64,000 nucleotides of DNA from Paragordius varius (Eukaryota > Animalia > Nematomorpha). Positions 13,895 through 28,300 of this stretch are shown here, piece after piece (positions within the stretch are counted from its first letter, which is position 1; the number at the start of each line of letters is the position of its first letter). The stretch is taken from NCBI GenBank assembly GCA_964247055.1, contig OZ176055.1:1860001-1924000 (forward strand). The letters are read 5' to 3'. The position numbers and the translations under genes are program-made. The notes under the pieces are model-generated. The model did not search any database, had not been told where the DNA came from, and worked only from the letters and a program-made list of their open reading frames with translations.

Positions 13895-14803
13895 AAATCA
13901 ATAAGTTTTTTACCAAAGAAATTCCTATTCCATTATTTATTGTTTGATAATGTGATGAAGTCTGTCTGTATATCTTTTTACAATCTATTGCATATACATA
14001 CACATAAATGTGGAGCAAATATGTTCCAGTTATAACTGCTGTGGTCAACTACCTTATATCCAAAAATTAACAGGAATTAGACCTAATTTTTTATACATAT
14101 TAACTGTTAATTCGCTAATTTTTCTATGTTGTTTAGAAAGTTTAGTAAGTATAATTTTTATCAAGGAGTCCATTTAAAATGTGTATTTTTTTCAAGAAAA
14201 TTACCATTCTTATTTTAGCATTCATATTTTTAATTTAACAGTCAGGTACTGATAATATTATCTGTCTTATTTCTTCCCTTGTCTTTTCTGGCTAGATTTT
14301 TTCGAAAAACTTAGTGTGTTTCAAGGAGTTGCTCAAATTCTGATTAGTTATAATTCTTTCATAGATATTTAATAATATAAATATTAATGTTGCGTTTTAA
14401 TGTATTATTAGTTAATAAAACATATCAATAATTTATGATTATGATGATGTAGTTTGTGGTCTTTTATTTATTATTTTTAATTATTTTTTCAATTTTTTAT
14501 TTTTCATTTAAATAAATACGAGATTTTATAATTAATTAATGCTCTCTATATATAAGCGAATGAAAACATCACTTTTTTGCAGACAATGCTGAATTTTTTA
14601 AAATATTAACATTTTTTTTAACATCAATATTTATTTCAAATATATATATTGCTTTTTTGTCTGGAGACATACCTCATTTCCTATATTTCTCCTGATTTTT
14701 TCATATACATTTATCTCAAAGGTAGCATCATAGATATTTTTTGGAAAAGAGAAAATGTAAAATGCATGCGTTAAAATTTTTTTAACCCACGATTTCTCTT
14801 ATA

Positions 14804-16488
14804 ATGGTAAATACCATTGCAAATGGCTTATTGACATTCCTTAAGAACGATTCCAACGATAAAAATATTGAGGATGAGATTCGTTTATCCTTAACATCGC
14901 CCATTCTGGATATTAACCTGTTGGAAGGATTTAATCATACCATCAGCTTTTTCAATGATTCGTTACAATCAAACTATAGCCTGCACCAAATAAGTAATGA
15001 AATTCAAGGGGTCTCTTATCAATATCCGGCATTACTTTTGATCCTTATACCGTTAATGACAGTTTTTGGAAATTGCCTCGTGTTGTTGAGTGTCGTTCAA
15101 GAAAAAAATCTTCAAAGCATAACAAATTATTTTATAGTTAGCCTGGCATGTGCTGATATTTTAGTTTCAACCCTTGTTATGCCATTCGCCGTGTATGTTG
15201 AGGTATGTATTTTGGTACTTTTTTTATTGTAACTAAAACTATCGAAAATAGTTTAAAATTGTGAACCTATATTTTGAACTATTAGAAAACTTACAAAAAA
15301 TTTTAGTTGGCTGGGTAAAAATATTTCAATTATTTTAAATTTAGGCCTGATAATTATATAAATATTTGATTAGAAACATTTATAGTGCTGCTTGCTTAAT
15401 GAAAAACCAGTTGTTCCTAATTAAAAAATAACTTAATCACATTTAAGTTGCATATTTCACGCTTTTTCCATTATATATCTATAACCAGATACTAAGTGTA
15501 TTTAGTTCAGAATACGATTTACAACTATATGTTCACTCTATTTTGATAACATATTTTAAACACTTTAAGCTTATATTAAATGGAATGAAACCTTCTGTCA
15601 GTTCGATGGCTAGATATAGATAGCTAGCTAGCTAGGTTTTAATTAAAAATCATTCATTAAGATAATTGATTTTTTATCGGTTTTGCTTTATACAACACTT
15701 TTAGTTAAGCCAGTATTAATGAGTTTTTTTGTGTGTTGAAATACAACACATTTACTTTAATTAATTACGTATAAAACAAAGAGAAGTGTGATAAACCTAT
15801 ACCATTTAATTGTTATATCATCAATATGATATGGATCAAAGAAAGCTAACCCAAGTTGATTAATTATTGTTATATAGTTGCCGAAATCACTTGATTTTGG
15901 TATCCCTTGTGCGAAAATAGTATGTTTTGGCTAGCCACCGTTATGCTTAAAGCGTGCACTTTATTAACGGTCATGACGAATTAAACTATTAACCCGTATA
16001 TGTAAATAAAAATAAATTCCAGTTCAAATTCCAAAAACTTACTTTTTTTATTAAACAATTATTATTATTTTAGAACAAATCATCTATAAATTAGGTTAAC
16101 AAATACATATATCTTGCGAAACGTTACTTAGGTATTTTGATCCATTTTCATTTTTTATCTATCATTTGTGCTTACATATATTTTTTAAAATAGTACAAAT
16201 AATTAGGGATTTGACATTCATTCTTTAACAATTAAAACAAATATATAGTTAAGTTTTAATTGCGCTTAAGTGTTTGCAACAAATTTTTTTTGCCAAGAAT
16301 CATATTTTTAAGTATGACATCATAATACCAAATTTTTTATGACACTAACTACCATTTAATTTTTTATGATATGTCGATTTTTTTGGTTCACCTATGATAT
16401 GGTAAAGTTTTATTGGTAGAAAGCTAAAAGTTATACTAAAACTGTAAGTAAAACTTTTCTTTAGAAACGATAAAATCTTAGAGAGTAA

Positions 16489-16524
<36 letters not shown>

Positions 16525-18981
16525 CCTATATCGATTTTATCTAGTCAGACTTATGATTGTAATAGTTATTATTACATTATAAAAATATTTTTTTATTAGG
16601 GGACCAGCCAGTTATGATCACTTTTCTAAATATGTATCCATATACATATCAATCTTTATTATTTTTCTTTTAATGTATAGTAAAGAAGAGGAAAAAAACT
16701 GAAAAGATAAAGTTAGCTTTGCTAAAAAAATTCTGAATATAACAGTCAGTAATCAATCTTACACAACAATTAAAACTTTATTACATGCATTTTAAGAATA
16801 AGTTTATAATAATTATTATAACATGATTCTAGATGACACTTAAGCACATTAATACCAAAAATGCAATATGTCGTTTTGAGGAATTCTGAATGTGCAAAAA
16901 TTATGTATTCAATGAATCCAATATATTAATTTATATTAGGAATGGATAAAATCCAAAATATTATCATTAATAACATCCTACAAAACAGTGATTAGAAACG
17001 AAGATAAAAAATTTGCACCTATTCTCTAACTTATTGAGAATTTTCTCATATAATTAATTGTATGTTATTTTATGTATAATAAATATTAAAATATTTTTTG
17101 GATACATAAGAAATTAATTATAAATTCGCGTAATAATATATCAAAATTAAATCTCCTTTATAACAATCTTAAAGAGGTTGCTTGCGATTTTACAATTTAA
17201 CCTGGATATTTGACACGGTAAAATTTATTAAGCAAAAATGTTAATAAGATTTTTTTAAGTTGTCTAAGATGTGAGAATTATTTATATTGTATTATAGAAA
17301 TTATTGCTAAAATTACCTTTACATTACAGTTATTTGTTTAGATATCAATTTATAACCGAATTTAATGCTATAAACTAAATAAACCCTTGTTATAGTCTAA
17401 TAGACAAGAAATACATATATGAAGGAAATAAAAATAATATATTATAATATGGTATTTTTTAGAAAAAGTGTCAAATTGAATCCCTTTTTGCTGTGAGATA
17501 GCGGCATATGCATTATTATTTTTCAATACGAATGCGCTCGCTCCCAAATAAATTTTAATTATTGTTTAGATTTTAAATATGTACTTAGGAGCCTAAAAAT
17601 GCATTTTAAAAATTTATATTCGGTTTCTTTAGTTTAAAACTTTTTTCGGATAAATCATTGTGTTAGCAATAACGCATGCTTCAAAACACAACTTAATTAA
17701 ATTAGCATTATTTCGGTCAGAAATAACGTCTTTTTTAACAAACGAAGTCTAAGACGCCAAACTATAAAAGGAATGAATAAAAGAGGTAATGGTTTATTAA
17801 TATACTATTTTTTTAATATATATAAAAAGAGGTTTTTTAAGAAACATCTATATTTTCAATACCATGTAAAGTATGAATCCTTTGAAATAGAACAAATATC
17901 ATACTTCCTAATGTTTTATGTATTATAAAGAAAACTTGTAATTTATTAAAGATTTTTATAATCCAAAAAAGAATGGTTTTTTTATAAGAAGGAAATCATC
18001 AATATTTTAAATAACACGTAAAGTATGAGTATAAATATACTTATCTTTGAAATGAATGGGTAAAAATGATATCTCCTAGAATTTTATGATTATTTGTTAG
18101 ACTCGTTATCGATATATTATAAGAAAACTTTTAATTTGTAATTTGATTATAAATTTTTTTGTAGTTAGCTTAATTTTATACGCGTCAAAGCAATTTTTGA
18201 CAATGACGTGGCTTTTTTCCAAATATGAATAAACGGACATATAAGCGAAATAAATTAAGATCGAAATTGGTAAAATGTTTTAAATCAAAACTCATAAAAT
18301 CATATGTTAATCTAAAAAATAATATTCCCAAATAGCTATGTGTTAGAGACAATTACATTTTTTACTGTTTCTTGCTAATTTTGCATAATTAAAGGAAACT
18401 TTTTTTTGATTTTTTCAACTAAAATAGTTTTTTTGAAGATATTGATTTGCACGAAGAAAGTATTATATCTACTAAATATAAACGTAATTAAAGATTTTGG
18501 ATATATTGTAGTTTTATATTTTTACTAAAATAAAAATTGTTTTATATTATTACACGTTCCCCATTGATTATTTGGTGTTATGTGTTGAATGTAGGCTAAT
18601 ACATTTTGCGCTTAGTTAATGATAAAGCATTTATTGGTATAGAACAGGAACATCCAACACAAATGGCTTCGCGGGCCGTATTTGATGTAAATATATGACT
18701 CATTTCAAAAATATGACTGTAAAATGCAAACAGTTTTAACATTTTTTCTGGTTATTGCCAATTGAATAGTAGACAAAATTAAAAATAATAGTTAAGAAAA
18801 TGTAAATTTTTAAAATTTACGAGTATATTCTTACGAATTTTGGATATTCAGTTTTTTCTCGGGTCGAACACAAGGTCGTTGATCTAGAAAATACATACAC
18901 TTGTATAATCTTAACTGTTTATCTATAGGTTTTAAATAGTTCAAATTTTGAATCTTTAGTTTTAATTCAATTAAAATTTAC

Positions 18982-19031
<50 letters not shown>

Positions 19032-19258
19032 TATATTATTTTTGTTAATAGTTTACAAAAGGGATTTGGAAATTGGGGGAAATGGCTTGTGATTTCTTCA
19101 TAGCATGTGATGTGTTCATGAGCACTGCATCCATACTCAATTTAACAGCCATCAGCGTTGATCGGTATATACAATTTACATTTAAAATTTTTTAAATATA
19201 TATTTTAAGTATTTTTTACATGATGATACCTATATAGAGTCTCTTTGCAATTCATGAT

Positions 19259-19306
<48 letters not shown>

Positions 19307-22300
19307 TAGCGCACAATATTAGTTCTATGACTAAAATCTATCTGAATAAATAGGCAATATTTTAAGTATCATTTAATGAAAAAAATCCCATTTATAGACA
19401 AATAGTTTAGTAACAATAGGATGAAAAAAATCCGCTAAATATTTATGGTCTAAAAAAGAAAGACTTTTGAAATAAAAATAAATCTGTTTGGTAATTAAAT
19501 AAAAAAACATTGGGATTATGCGGGAAATTTTTTATAGGTCGCAAGTTTTTTTTTTTTTGGGGGGGGGATACTAATATAATTAGAAAAAAATTATGGGCAT
19601 TGGGTAAAGAAAAATATGCTAAAACCAAAGGGGCACCTTTTCTACATTGTAACCAAATTGATGATCTGGGGCTTTGTGGTAATATCTACGATAACAAAAA
19701 CGCCTATTAAACAATACAGGAAAGATGATAATATTAGGGCTTTCATACTTGATATGTTTTATCGCCTGAACAAACAACACATGAACCAAATAGAATTTGG
19801 AATAATATAAAGACGCCCGCATCATTACATTTGAACCTTACAGTGGGAATGCGATCCGCCACCGCAACATCTCTCTTTACAATTGTAAGTTATGCAATGA
19901 AATTTATCAAATAACCCAACCGAAACGCAAAACATGTATTATCAGACTCTGAAAATGAATGTGCCTAAAGGTCCTACGATTGTAAGTTAGGCAATAATAT
20001 TTATCAAATAACCCAACCGAAACGCAAAACATGTAATATCAGCATCTGAAAATGAATGTACCTAAAGGTCCTTAAATACAATTGTAAGATGGGCAATAAT
20101 ATTTATTGTAACCCAACCAAAACGCAAAACATGTATTATCAGCCTCTGAAAATGAATGTACCCTAATGATTCTTGAAATGGCAAAAAATGTTGGGATCAT
20201 GCAAAAACGAATACATTCACATAATATAAAACAGTTTGATCCTAACAATACCACACAAATAAGTATATAATTTCTTATTGTATAGTAAATAACCCAGCTT
20301 ACTATTTCAAAACAACTTTAAACCAATGCATCACACAAACTTCCATACGTAGAATCCCTAATAATTTTTTAAACATAACTGATTTAAAGTTTTTAAAATA
20401 GTATAACTCTATTTTTCGCACTTATTGTAGACCTATTTACCCAATTTGATTAATAAATGTATGTTTGGGCATCTATTTGACAACATGGTTTAGTCAAATA
20501 TCATTCAAAAAGATTGGCAAAATAGTATTATTGTCGTACTTACCGGTAAGGGGAAACGGGATTAACTTTTATCTGACTCCCGCATAAAATTTTTAAATAT
20601 CATATAGTTTCATTTAAACAACATTCATGTTAGCGATATACATCTGTATAGATTCCGCTCTAATGTGATCTTTCAACCTTTTAAAGGCGCCTCTAAATGC
20701 CTAAAGACTCACAACGAAAATAGTTTATTCCAAAGATTCAGGGCATTCTATCAAAACTATTCATAATTCAGGTTTATACCTTGAACTAAATTCTTTCAAT
20801 TAATATTAATAATAAATGAAATAACTAACGTTAGCTGGTGTTTTTATAAATGCCATTTAAATTATTGTGTAATCATGAATATATAGACAAATAATCTTTT
20901 TTGATTAGAAATATGGAAATTTAAAGCCGTTTAATCAAACCCTTTACTCTGCAACAAATGCCATTTTCAACTTCATCCTTATTCAATATAGAACAAAATT
21001 TATTTAATTATTTAGCCTTGCGAAACATACCTTGAATTCAAATTCAAAAAACTCTCACCTAATTTGAATATCAATGAAATAATTCCCGCCAAAGGCTATA
21101 ACCGTGAAACCCAGATCATCTGTGCAAAAACCACGGCTTAAAACACATCCTAAATATTTTATTCAAACCAGACAAACTAAAACTCTATCACATCCTTTAT
21201 AATTCCCCCTGTACTAACCCATAATTGGTTATTGCCAAACTTCTATAGATTTAAAATACTGAAAGCAATACTATCTCCACAAACCCAAACTGGATTTTCA
21301 GCCCGCCCTTTATTTTTTTTAAAAGAACCTGAAGATGGCGATAAGCAGGCAGGAGTGGTGCTTTTTAGGCCTTAAAATTTTTGCAATTTTATGAGAATCA
21401 CTCGATAAAAAATTATATTCCACAATTTGCTAAATTCTACCTATAGGCAAACTTTGCAAAAGTTAATTTTGCTGGTTAAAACTCAAAATACACCCAAAAA
21501 CCCGCGCAATAAAAAAATTTAATAAAGAAAATAATATAATAAAAAAAATTTGGAATAAATTTTTTTCCATCAAAAAAAAAATTTCAATATAATTTAAAAA
21601 TACAGCATCTTACTTAATTGACTCTTAATACTTAAGAACTTTGGCATTATCATTTTAAATATAAAACATTACGCATACTCCTATTTTTTGTTTAATTTAT
21701 CTCGTCGTTTTTTAAACATTAATTTTTGGGTAGACCTTCTAATAAACAGTGTCAATACGTATTCTGTTTTTGAATTTAAACAGAAAGAAACACTGAGAAG
21801 TTTATATTTTTTATTCGATTAAATGTCCGTAAAAAATTGATATATGTATTATCACCTTTTGATAACACATACCTATTTTTGAGACCCACGTAAGGCAAAT
21901 TTCTAAATATTTTTTAGTTGGAATTTGTGTGCTGCAAAAAATACCTTTATTTTAAGATATACATTTTTGTACAGTATGATTCATTACTCCCTATTTCCGT
22001 GTCCTTCTCAAATATTTTAACCAAAAAAGGAAAAAAATTGCTAACCATTTATTCAAAAATGCCTTTTAGCTTTACATATCAGTAGATTTGATTTAACCAT
22101 TTTAATCAATAAAACATTTTTTGTGGAAATTTTTTTTCTTAAACATATCCATACATTCATAATTTATTGCCTATGGTGCCACTTTTCTGGAATCAACCAA
22201 GGAAGCTGAACCATAGCTGCTAAAATATAAAAATCATTTAAGTAAATGTTACTAAAATCAATAAATTAGATTTGATTGTAAATTTTTTTTAATCTTAGAA

Positions 22301-25300
22301 TTGTTTTTCAATATTTCAATGAAATATCTACCAACTTTCTTTGTTTAAATATAGGCTAAATAAATTATTCTATGGTGTAAAATTTAAGCAAGAAAGACGA
22401 TTGTCGTTTAAATATCTAAAATTATATTTTAATAAATTTTATTAGTAGTACGTTTTTCTAACTTTAATGCTATTTTGTTCTTTCAGAATGTCATAATTTT
22501 AAGGTTATATGAAGCGCAAAAATAATTTTATCAATCCTTTTTAGGTTTATTATGTTGCAATAAAATTAGCGATTTTTAATTACTTTTTTGTGTCTTTGAG
22601 TATGCATGAAATATGTTATAAAGCTAGCTCATGTCCGAAAAAAATGATATTGATTGATAGTTAGCTTATTTTTGCACCTTTTTAATGAGTTTTTACTATT
22701 GACGTTCTTACATATTCCCTTTAATGAGATTTTCCTCACAGATAAGTTATTTTAAATTAAGTTCTGTCTCAGCATCGTGTGTTCGTATGATTAATTAATG
22801 TAATCACAAGGTTAAAGATAATTTATATAAGTCCTTCTATATTTATAACCAAAATTAATTTGTGGATCGACGTCCAAATCGTAACTAAACTTACTTTTTA
22901 TAGTTTACTATTAAAGTAGTAGCAAGATATATATTGGCATTCAATGTTTACCCTCTGCGCCATTTTATATTTTGCGGGGCTTTTGATAAATACTTAGGGC
23001 TTATTATACCCAGAAAAATTGAGCGTAAACGTCATTTCATGACAGGGGCGTACCGAGGTGGGGGCAAGGGGGTGCATCATGCCCCGGGCGCCGTTATTTA
23101 GGGGCGCCTAAATGATTTTTAAAATTAAAATTTAATTATGCAAAAATAATAAGAACTTTCAAATGAGATTTTTCAGCAATATATCCCTATAATATATACT
23201 CTATTATTCACCTAATTAGTACCATTGAATAAATTTAGTATCATATAAATATATATATTTAATAGATTTAAAATTTATATGACTGTGCTGTCTTATCTAA
23301 GTAGGTTACAACGTTTGTATTTTTACTGATTTGTTTTATTGGCTTTTTAAAAAAAAAGGGGGGGGGGGGGGGGGGGGGGCGCCATAAAAGTTATATGCCC
23401 CGGGCGCCGCAAATGCTTGGTACGCCACTGTTTCATGATTGATAAAAAATGCAAAAACGCGCCAAACTTCACTGATTTAGTAATCGCGCTAATTTTTATT
23501 ATCTAAACACGTATTAATACAGTTTTTTAATTATTAAAATAATCATCTTATATTTTATTTTATCTCGATATATTTCTTGATAGTTTATAATATTACTTCT
23601 GTAATTGAATTAGTATTTAGTTGAAGTGTTTAATGAAATTTATAGCCATATAAAGAAGTCGTAATTCATAAAAAAGTTTAAATGTAAATTAAATTGACCA
23701 AACATTATCCATATTTGTAACATAATATAGTTATGTATACTTTTATCTTATAAATGCAAGATGGCGGTTTTTTGATTGATTATAGTGTTTTTTATACCAA
23801 ATATATATGTAATAATCAAAGTGTACTTCATACACTTAAATTCTGATCAGATCTTGGCACGGCGTTTAGTTTGCCGATTTTACCATTCCACTATATCATA
23901 GACATTTAGTTTTAAATTAAACTTTAGCTTATAATATTAATGTATTTAGAGTAGAAATCATTGCAGAATAATAAGCAGATAAAATCAACCATATATGATC
24001 CAAATGACTGGAATATGCGCTTGATTGTTATATAATATTAGATCCTTTAAATAGAGTTAGCTCTTGTGTAATTTTCAATCGAAAAAACTTTGGAAAACTT
24101 GAGTATTGACTCATTATATCGAAAGCCATGACTATATTTAAACATTTTAATATGGTCACGAAAATACCATGACACTTGGCATGATATATTTTGATGTAAG
24201 TTATATACAGTAGAATTCAAACTTAAAACTTTAAATTTACCAAATTTTTTTACTTAAATTCAAAAAATATGCCAAGTATAATTAATCTATATGTTTAGTC
24301 ATGGCTTCATGGGTTCGAACAATTAGGGACATTTATAATTGGGTGAATCAAGCTTAAACATAAATACTTTTAAAGGCATATTTTTAAAAAAAACAATTTT
24401 TATAAACATAAGATATGTGAAAATATACTAATTCTAATGATTTTGTTAATTTTAGAAATTCGTTACATCTTCTAACTTTAACATTTGCGTATGAAAAATT
24501 TGATCTAGCAAACTTAATGGGAAGACAACCAGTTGTGACTGTTTTTTTTTGTCAGCGTAAAACAATCACCATGATTATTTATTATGACTAATAAAAATGT
24601 CCATCCATCCACACACATGTATACATTTATCCTATAATTTGAGCGAAATTCCCGTTATAAATCCTGGACAAATCCATATAATAAAAATAAAAACATAAAT
24701 TACAACTTTTTTTGGATGTATGATAAGAATCGAATTTTGCACAAAAAAAATACATATAAGGTGTGTTTGTACGTGTAATCTAGTCTATTAAAGATAATTA
24801 AATTTAGGCAACTGGCTCACTAGGAATTAATACAATAAACAGAGCTGTATATAACCACTAAGTTTTTTTTGCGTAGACAAAAAAACAGCAAATTGTCCAC
24901 ACAAAATAATCAAATTATTAGAGTTTATTTTTATTTTATTTCTCGTTTAAATAATAATTGATTAATCTCTAAGGGATTTTAACAACACAATTTTTTTGTT
25001 TCTATTGACTTATTGTGGTAGTAGTAAATTGTAATTATAAATGGTAAATGATATAAATTAAATTGGTGAAAAAGGGAATTTAACACACATAATTAAATCA
25101 CTAATTAAATTTATCGAACAAATTAATATAATTATATTGTATATAAATAATATTTTGATATCCATTAACTTGAAATATAGGCTAAAACAAATTAATCTGA
25201 ATTCTGATGTGGTTTTTAATAATAAATTTTAAAACTTTTGTTTTTCTATATAAAGAAATGTTATTATGAACGAAACATACCCCTAATTTTATAATGTTAA

Positions 25301-28300
25301 TCATACAATAATATTATTTGGCACGTTTGTCCATCCTTTTTCTTAATGTCAAGTTCATTAGATTATTAACTGATATATGATATAATAAATATATTTACTT
25401 TTTGTAAACATAAAGGAATGATTATATTCTTATCATATCAATTTCAAATTGTAATTATTTTATGAAAAAATATTATACGGTCACGTTTTGACTTAATGAC
25501 TGATTTATCTTAGATTAATATATTTTTTAAAAAATAAAAAAAGTGATTTATATGAGGAGATGTTGCCAGTTAGATCATGGCTAGAAGTTAATATAACAAT
25601 TAATAGTCAATTTAATTACATAAAATGTTGACGCGTTGTTGATTATGGATTTTTGATATATACCACCACCCGTTTTAAGTTCGCGTTATTTATTATAAGT
25701 ACATTTGGGTTATAGCGCTTAAACTTGTTTGAGGATCGAGTTCTTATATATGACACATACAGAACTAACCCCGGTCCTCCTTTTTCAAAAAGGTTAATAC
25801 CAAAAACCTGGGACAATCTTAGGAACACTATATTTTTTGGTTTATGCTAAATCTCTCATTTATTATTGCCTGTAGACACTAAACCTATTTTCATAAGGGG
25901 GTCAAGAAATTTTTAAACATTATGAGATGGAGCTTGAAAAAAACGTTTATTGTAAATACATTTTTTAAATGAAATCCATTAAATCACAAATTTTCTTGTT
26001 TTTTGCCCATTAATTTAAGAAAAACTTGTAAGATAAGCCTTTTCTTGTTTTATCGCTCCACAAAATATGTAGATAATTAAGAGAACGTATATCATATTTT
26101 ATAGATTCATAGCAGTAACACAACCAATCAAATACTCTAAACAAAATCATTCCATACGGGTCCCCATAACCATAGGTTTGTGTTGGCTCGTTTCGGCTGC
26201 CATAGCATGTCCTATACTGCTTGGACTTAATTATACTCCTGACAGGGATCCTAACATTTGCATTTTCTACAACGCCGATTTCATATTGTATTCTTCCTTG
26301 TCTTCATTCTACATTCCATGCATTATAATGGCATACCTATATACCAAAATATTTGCCGTGCTTGGTAAAAGAGCTAAACTGGCTCGTCACAAATTCTCAC
26401 CGGGCTTAAAAACGACAAAAACATCTCAACTTAACAACAATGCTCTAAATACATGTTTTCCCAATCCTGACAGAAGTATGACCCAAGATTGTGTGAATGG
26501 TGAAAACATGGGAAAGACGTTGAAAAATAAAAGTTATGTGACAACGCAGACTATTCCTATCGTACCTGTACGAGATTTTATATGTGCCCCGTTAGAAGCC
26601 AAGTACAGCCCTTATGAATGTACCTCAAATCAAGGTTCAATTATTGAAAGTCCATCCCACAAGTAAGTTAATTAAATTATGTATGATTAAATTTTTTTTT
26701 TGATATTATCTAAACACAAATCGTAATAAGATAATGATCATAATATATAATTATTTAATTTAGAAGAATTATTGTACCGAGGAAGCGGTCCTCATGCGTT
26801 CGCGATAATTTTATACTTTAAAATATATTAGATATTATATCAATTTTATATGAACATGTTTCCTATAACACAGTGCACAAAACCAGAAAATCTTCTGATA
26901 AATATTTTTCTTATAGAAAAGTTTACTCCTCATGCTTAATATGCAGCTTACTAATGATATGATGATGATATTTATTGGACTTTTATGTTAATAGCTCCAT
27001 AAATTAGCTCACGATTATATTTATCTTTCGGCCAAAAGCGAAAGGCTACCTATATATTTTAATAGTATAATATGTATAAAATATATGAAAAAAAATTAAT
27101 TGCATTTAAAGAGGCTCCTAAAAATTTCCAAAAAAAGCTTTAAAATATTTTAGAAAACTTTGTCGAACCGTCAAAAGTTGAAAAATGCTAAAAAAAAACA
27201 CCTAAGTTTATAAAAGCACTTTTTCCACATGATTTGATGCCCAGAAGATCTTAATACCTCAAAATTATAATTACAGGATTTCTTTACCTTATATATATTG
27301 ATTGTTTTTGAGAGGTTATGCATTAAGTAGATATGGATAAAATTGCAAAATATTAAAATTTTAGGCGTATGCCTCATTATCTTTTGTTTTTAAATATTTA
27401 TAAAAAATTTTTACTTGTTTATGATTCTTGCAGGGCTATAAATTATATATTTTTAAAAACGTTATTTTGCAAATGTAAGATAATATTATCATTAACACCA
27501 ATATTTATATTAGGTCTTCAATTATTGCTCAATCTACAAGTCTGGCGTTACCAACAAATTTTATATGCAAGCGTCCCAAAATCGATATTTATAGTAATAA
27601 AGCCTCGTTTAATAATGCGGATACTAATGATGAAAATGATAGTTCATCCTCCATACGATCTGGAGATTTGCAGAGTTCTCGGTGTTATAAATTATCTAAA
27701 ATATCGGAACAGCACCAACCATCAAACACAATCTTATCCTTAAAAGATATACTTCTTAAAGTTTTCAATTTACAATTTGGTCAAAAACATTCACCTAACC
27801 TAATCAGGAAGGGAGATTCATATGTAATTAATGGAGACACCATACCCAATGTATTTAATACTAATTCAAGTCAATCTTATTTTAATTTAGCGCACTACCT
27901 CCAAGGATATCGGAAAGGTAAAAAAGCTTCCAAACAAGCAAAGTTAAACACGAACAACTGTTTGATAGGGGAAAAATTATATGGATACAATATCAATGCC
28001 GAAAGCAATTGTCGTAATTCCATAGTACCCGAATTGTTGAAAAAGCAATCTTCTCAACAAGCAAATGATCCCATACCGTTTAAAGAATCATCTCAACTCA
28101 CTCTGGCAATATCAAAAGATTATGAAATATCGCCCATTCGGCAAAGAGAAATTATAATAACCACGGCCGGAGAAACGATTGAAATGTCAGATGAAAAACT
28201 TCCTGAATCGACAAATTCAATAATAATTAATCACAATACACAAACATGTGATATTAATCGCAATAATAATAATAACAACAACTACACCGGTTATAACGAT

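Noticed and set aside
19878-20166. Regularly spaced repeats as a CRISPR array
   Set aside because: The context is eukaryotic, the units are contiguous with no unique spacers, and there are no cas genes. The same applies to 7861-7944 and 60202-62395.
25643-25828. 61-aa minus-strand ORF nested in receptor intron 2
   Set aside because: It has a GTG start, no recognisable motif and no supporting splice signals.
26106-26108. DRF instead of DRY in the receptor as a sign of loss of function
   Set aside because: Tyr-to-Phe at this position is a common tolerated variant in class A GPCRs, and the Asp-Arg pair and ligand residues are intact.
27369-27743. 124-aa ORF overlapping receptor exon 4
   Set aside because: It is an alternative frame made of intron sequence plus out-of-frame exon sequence.
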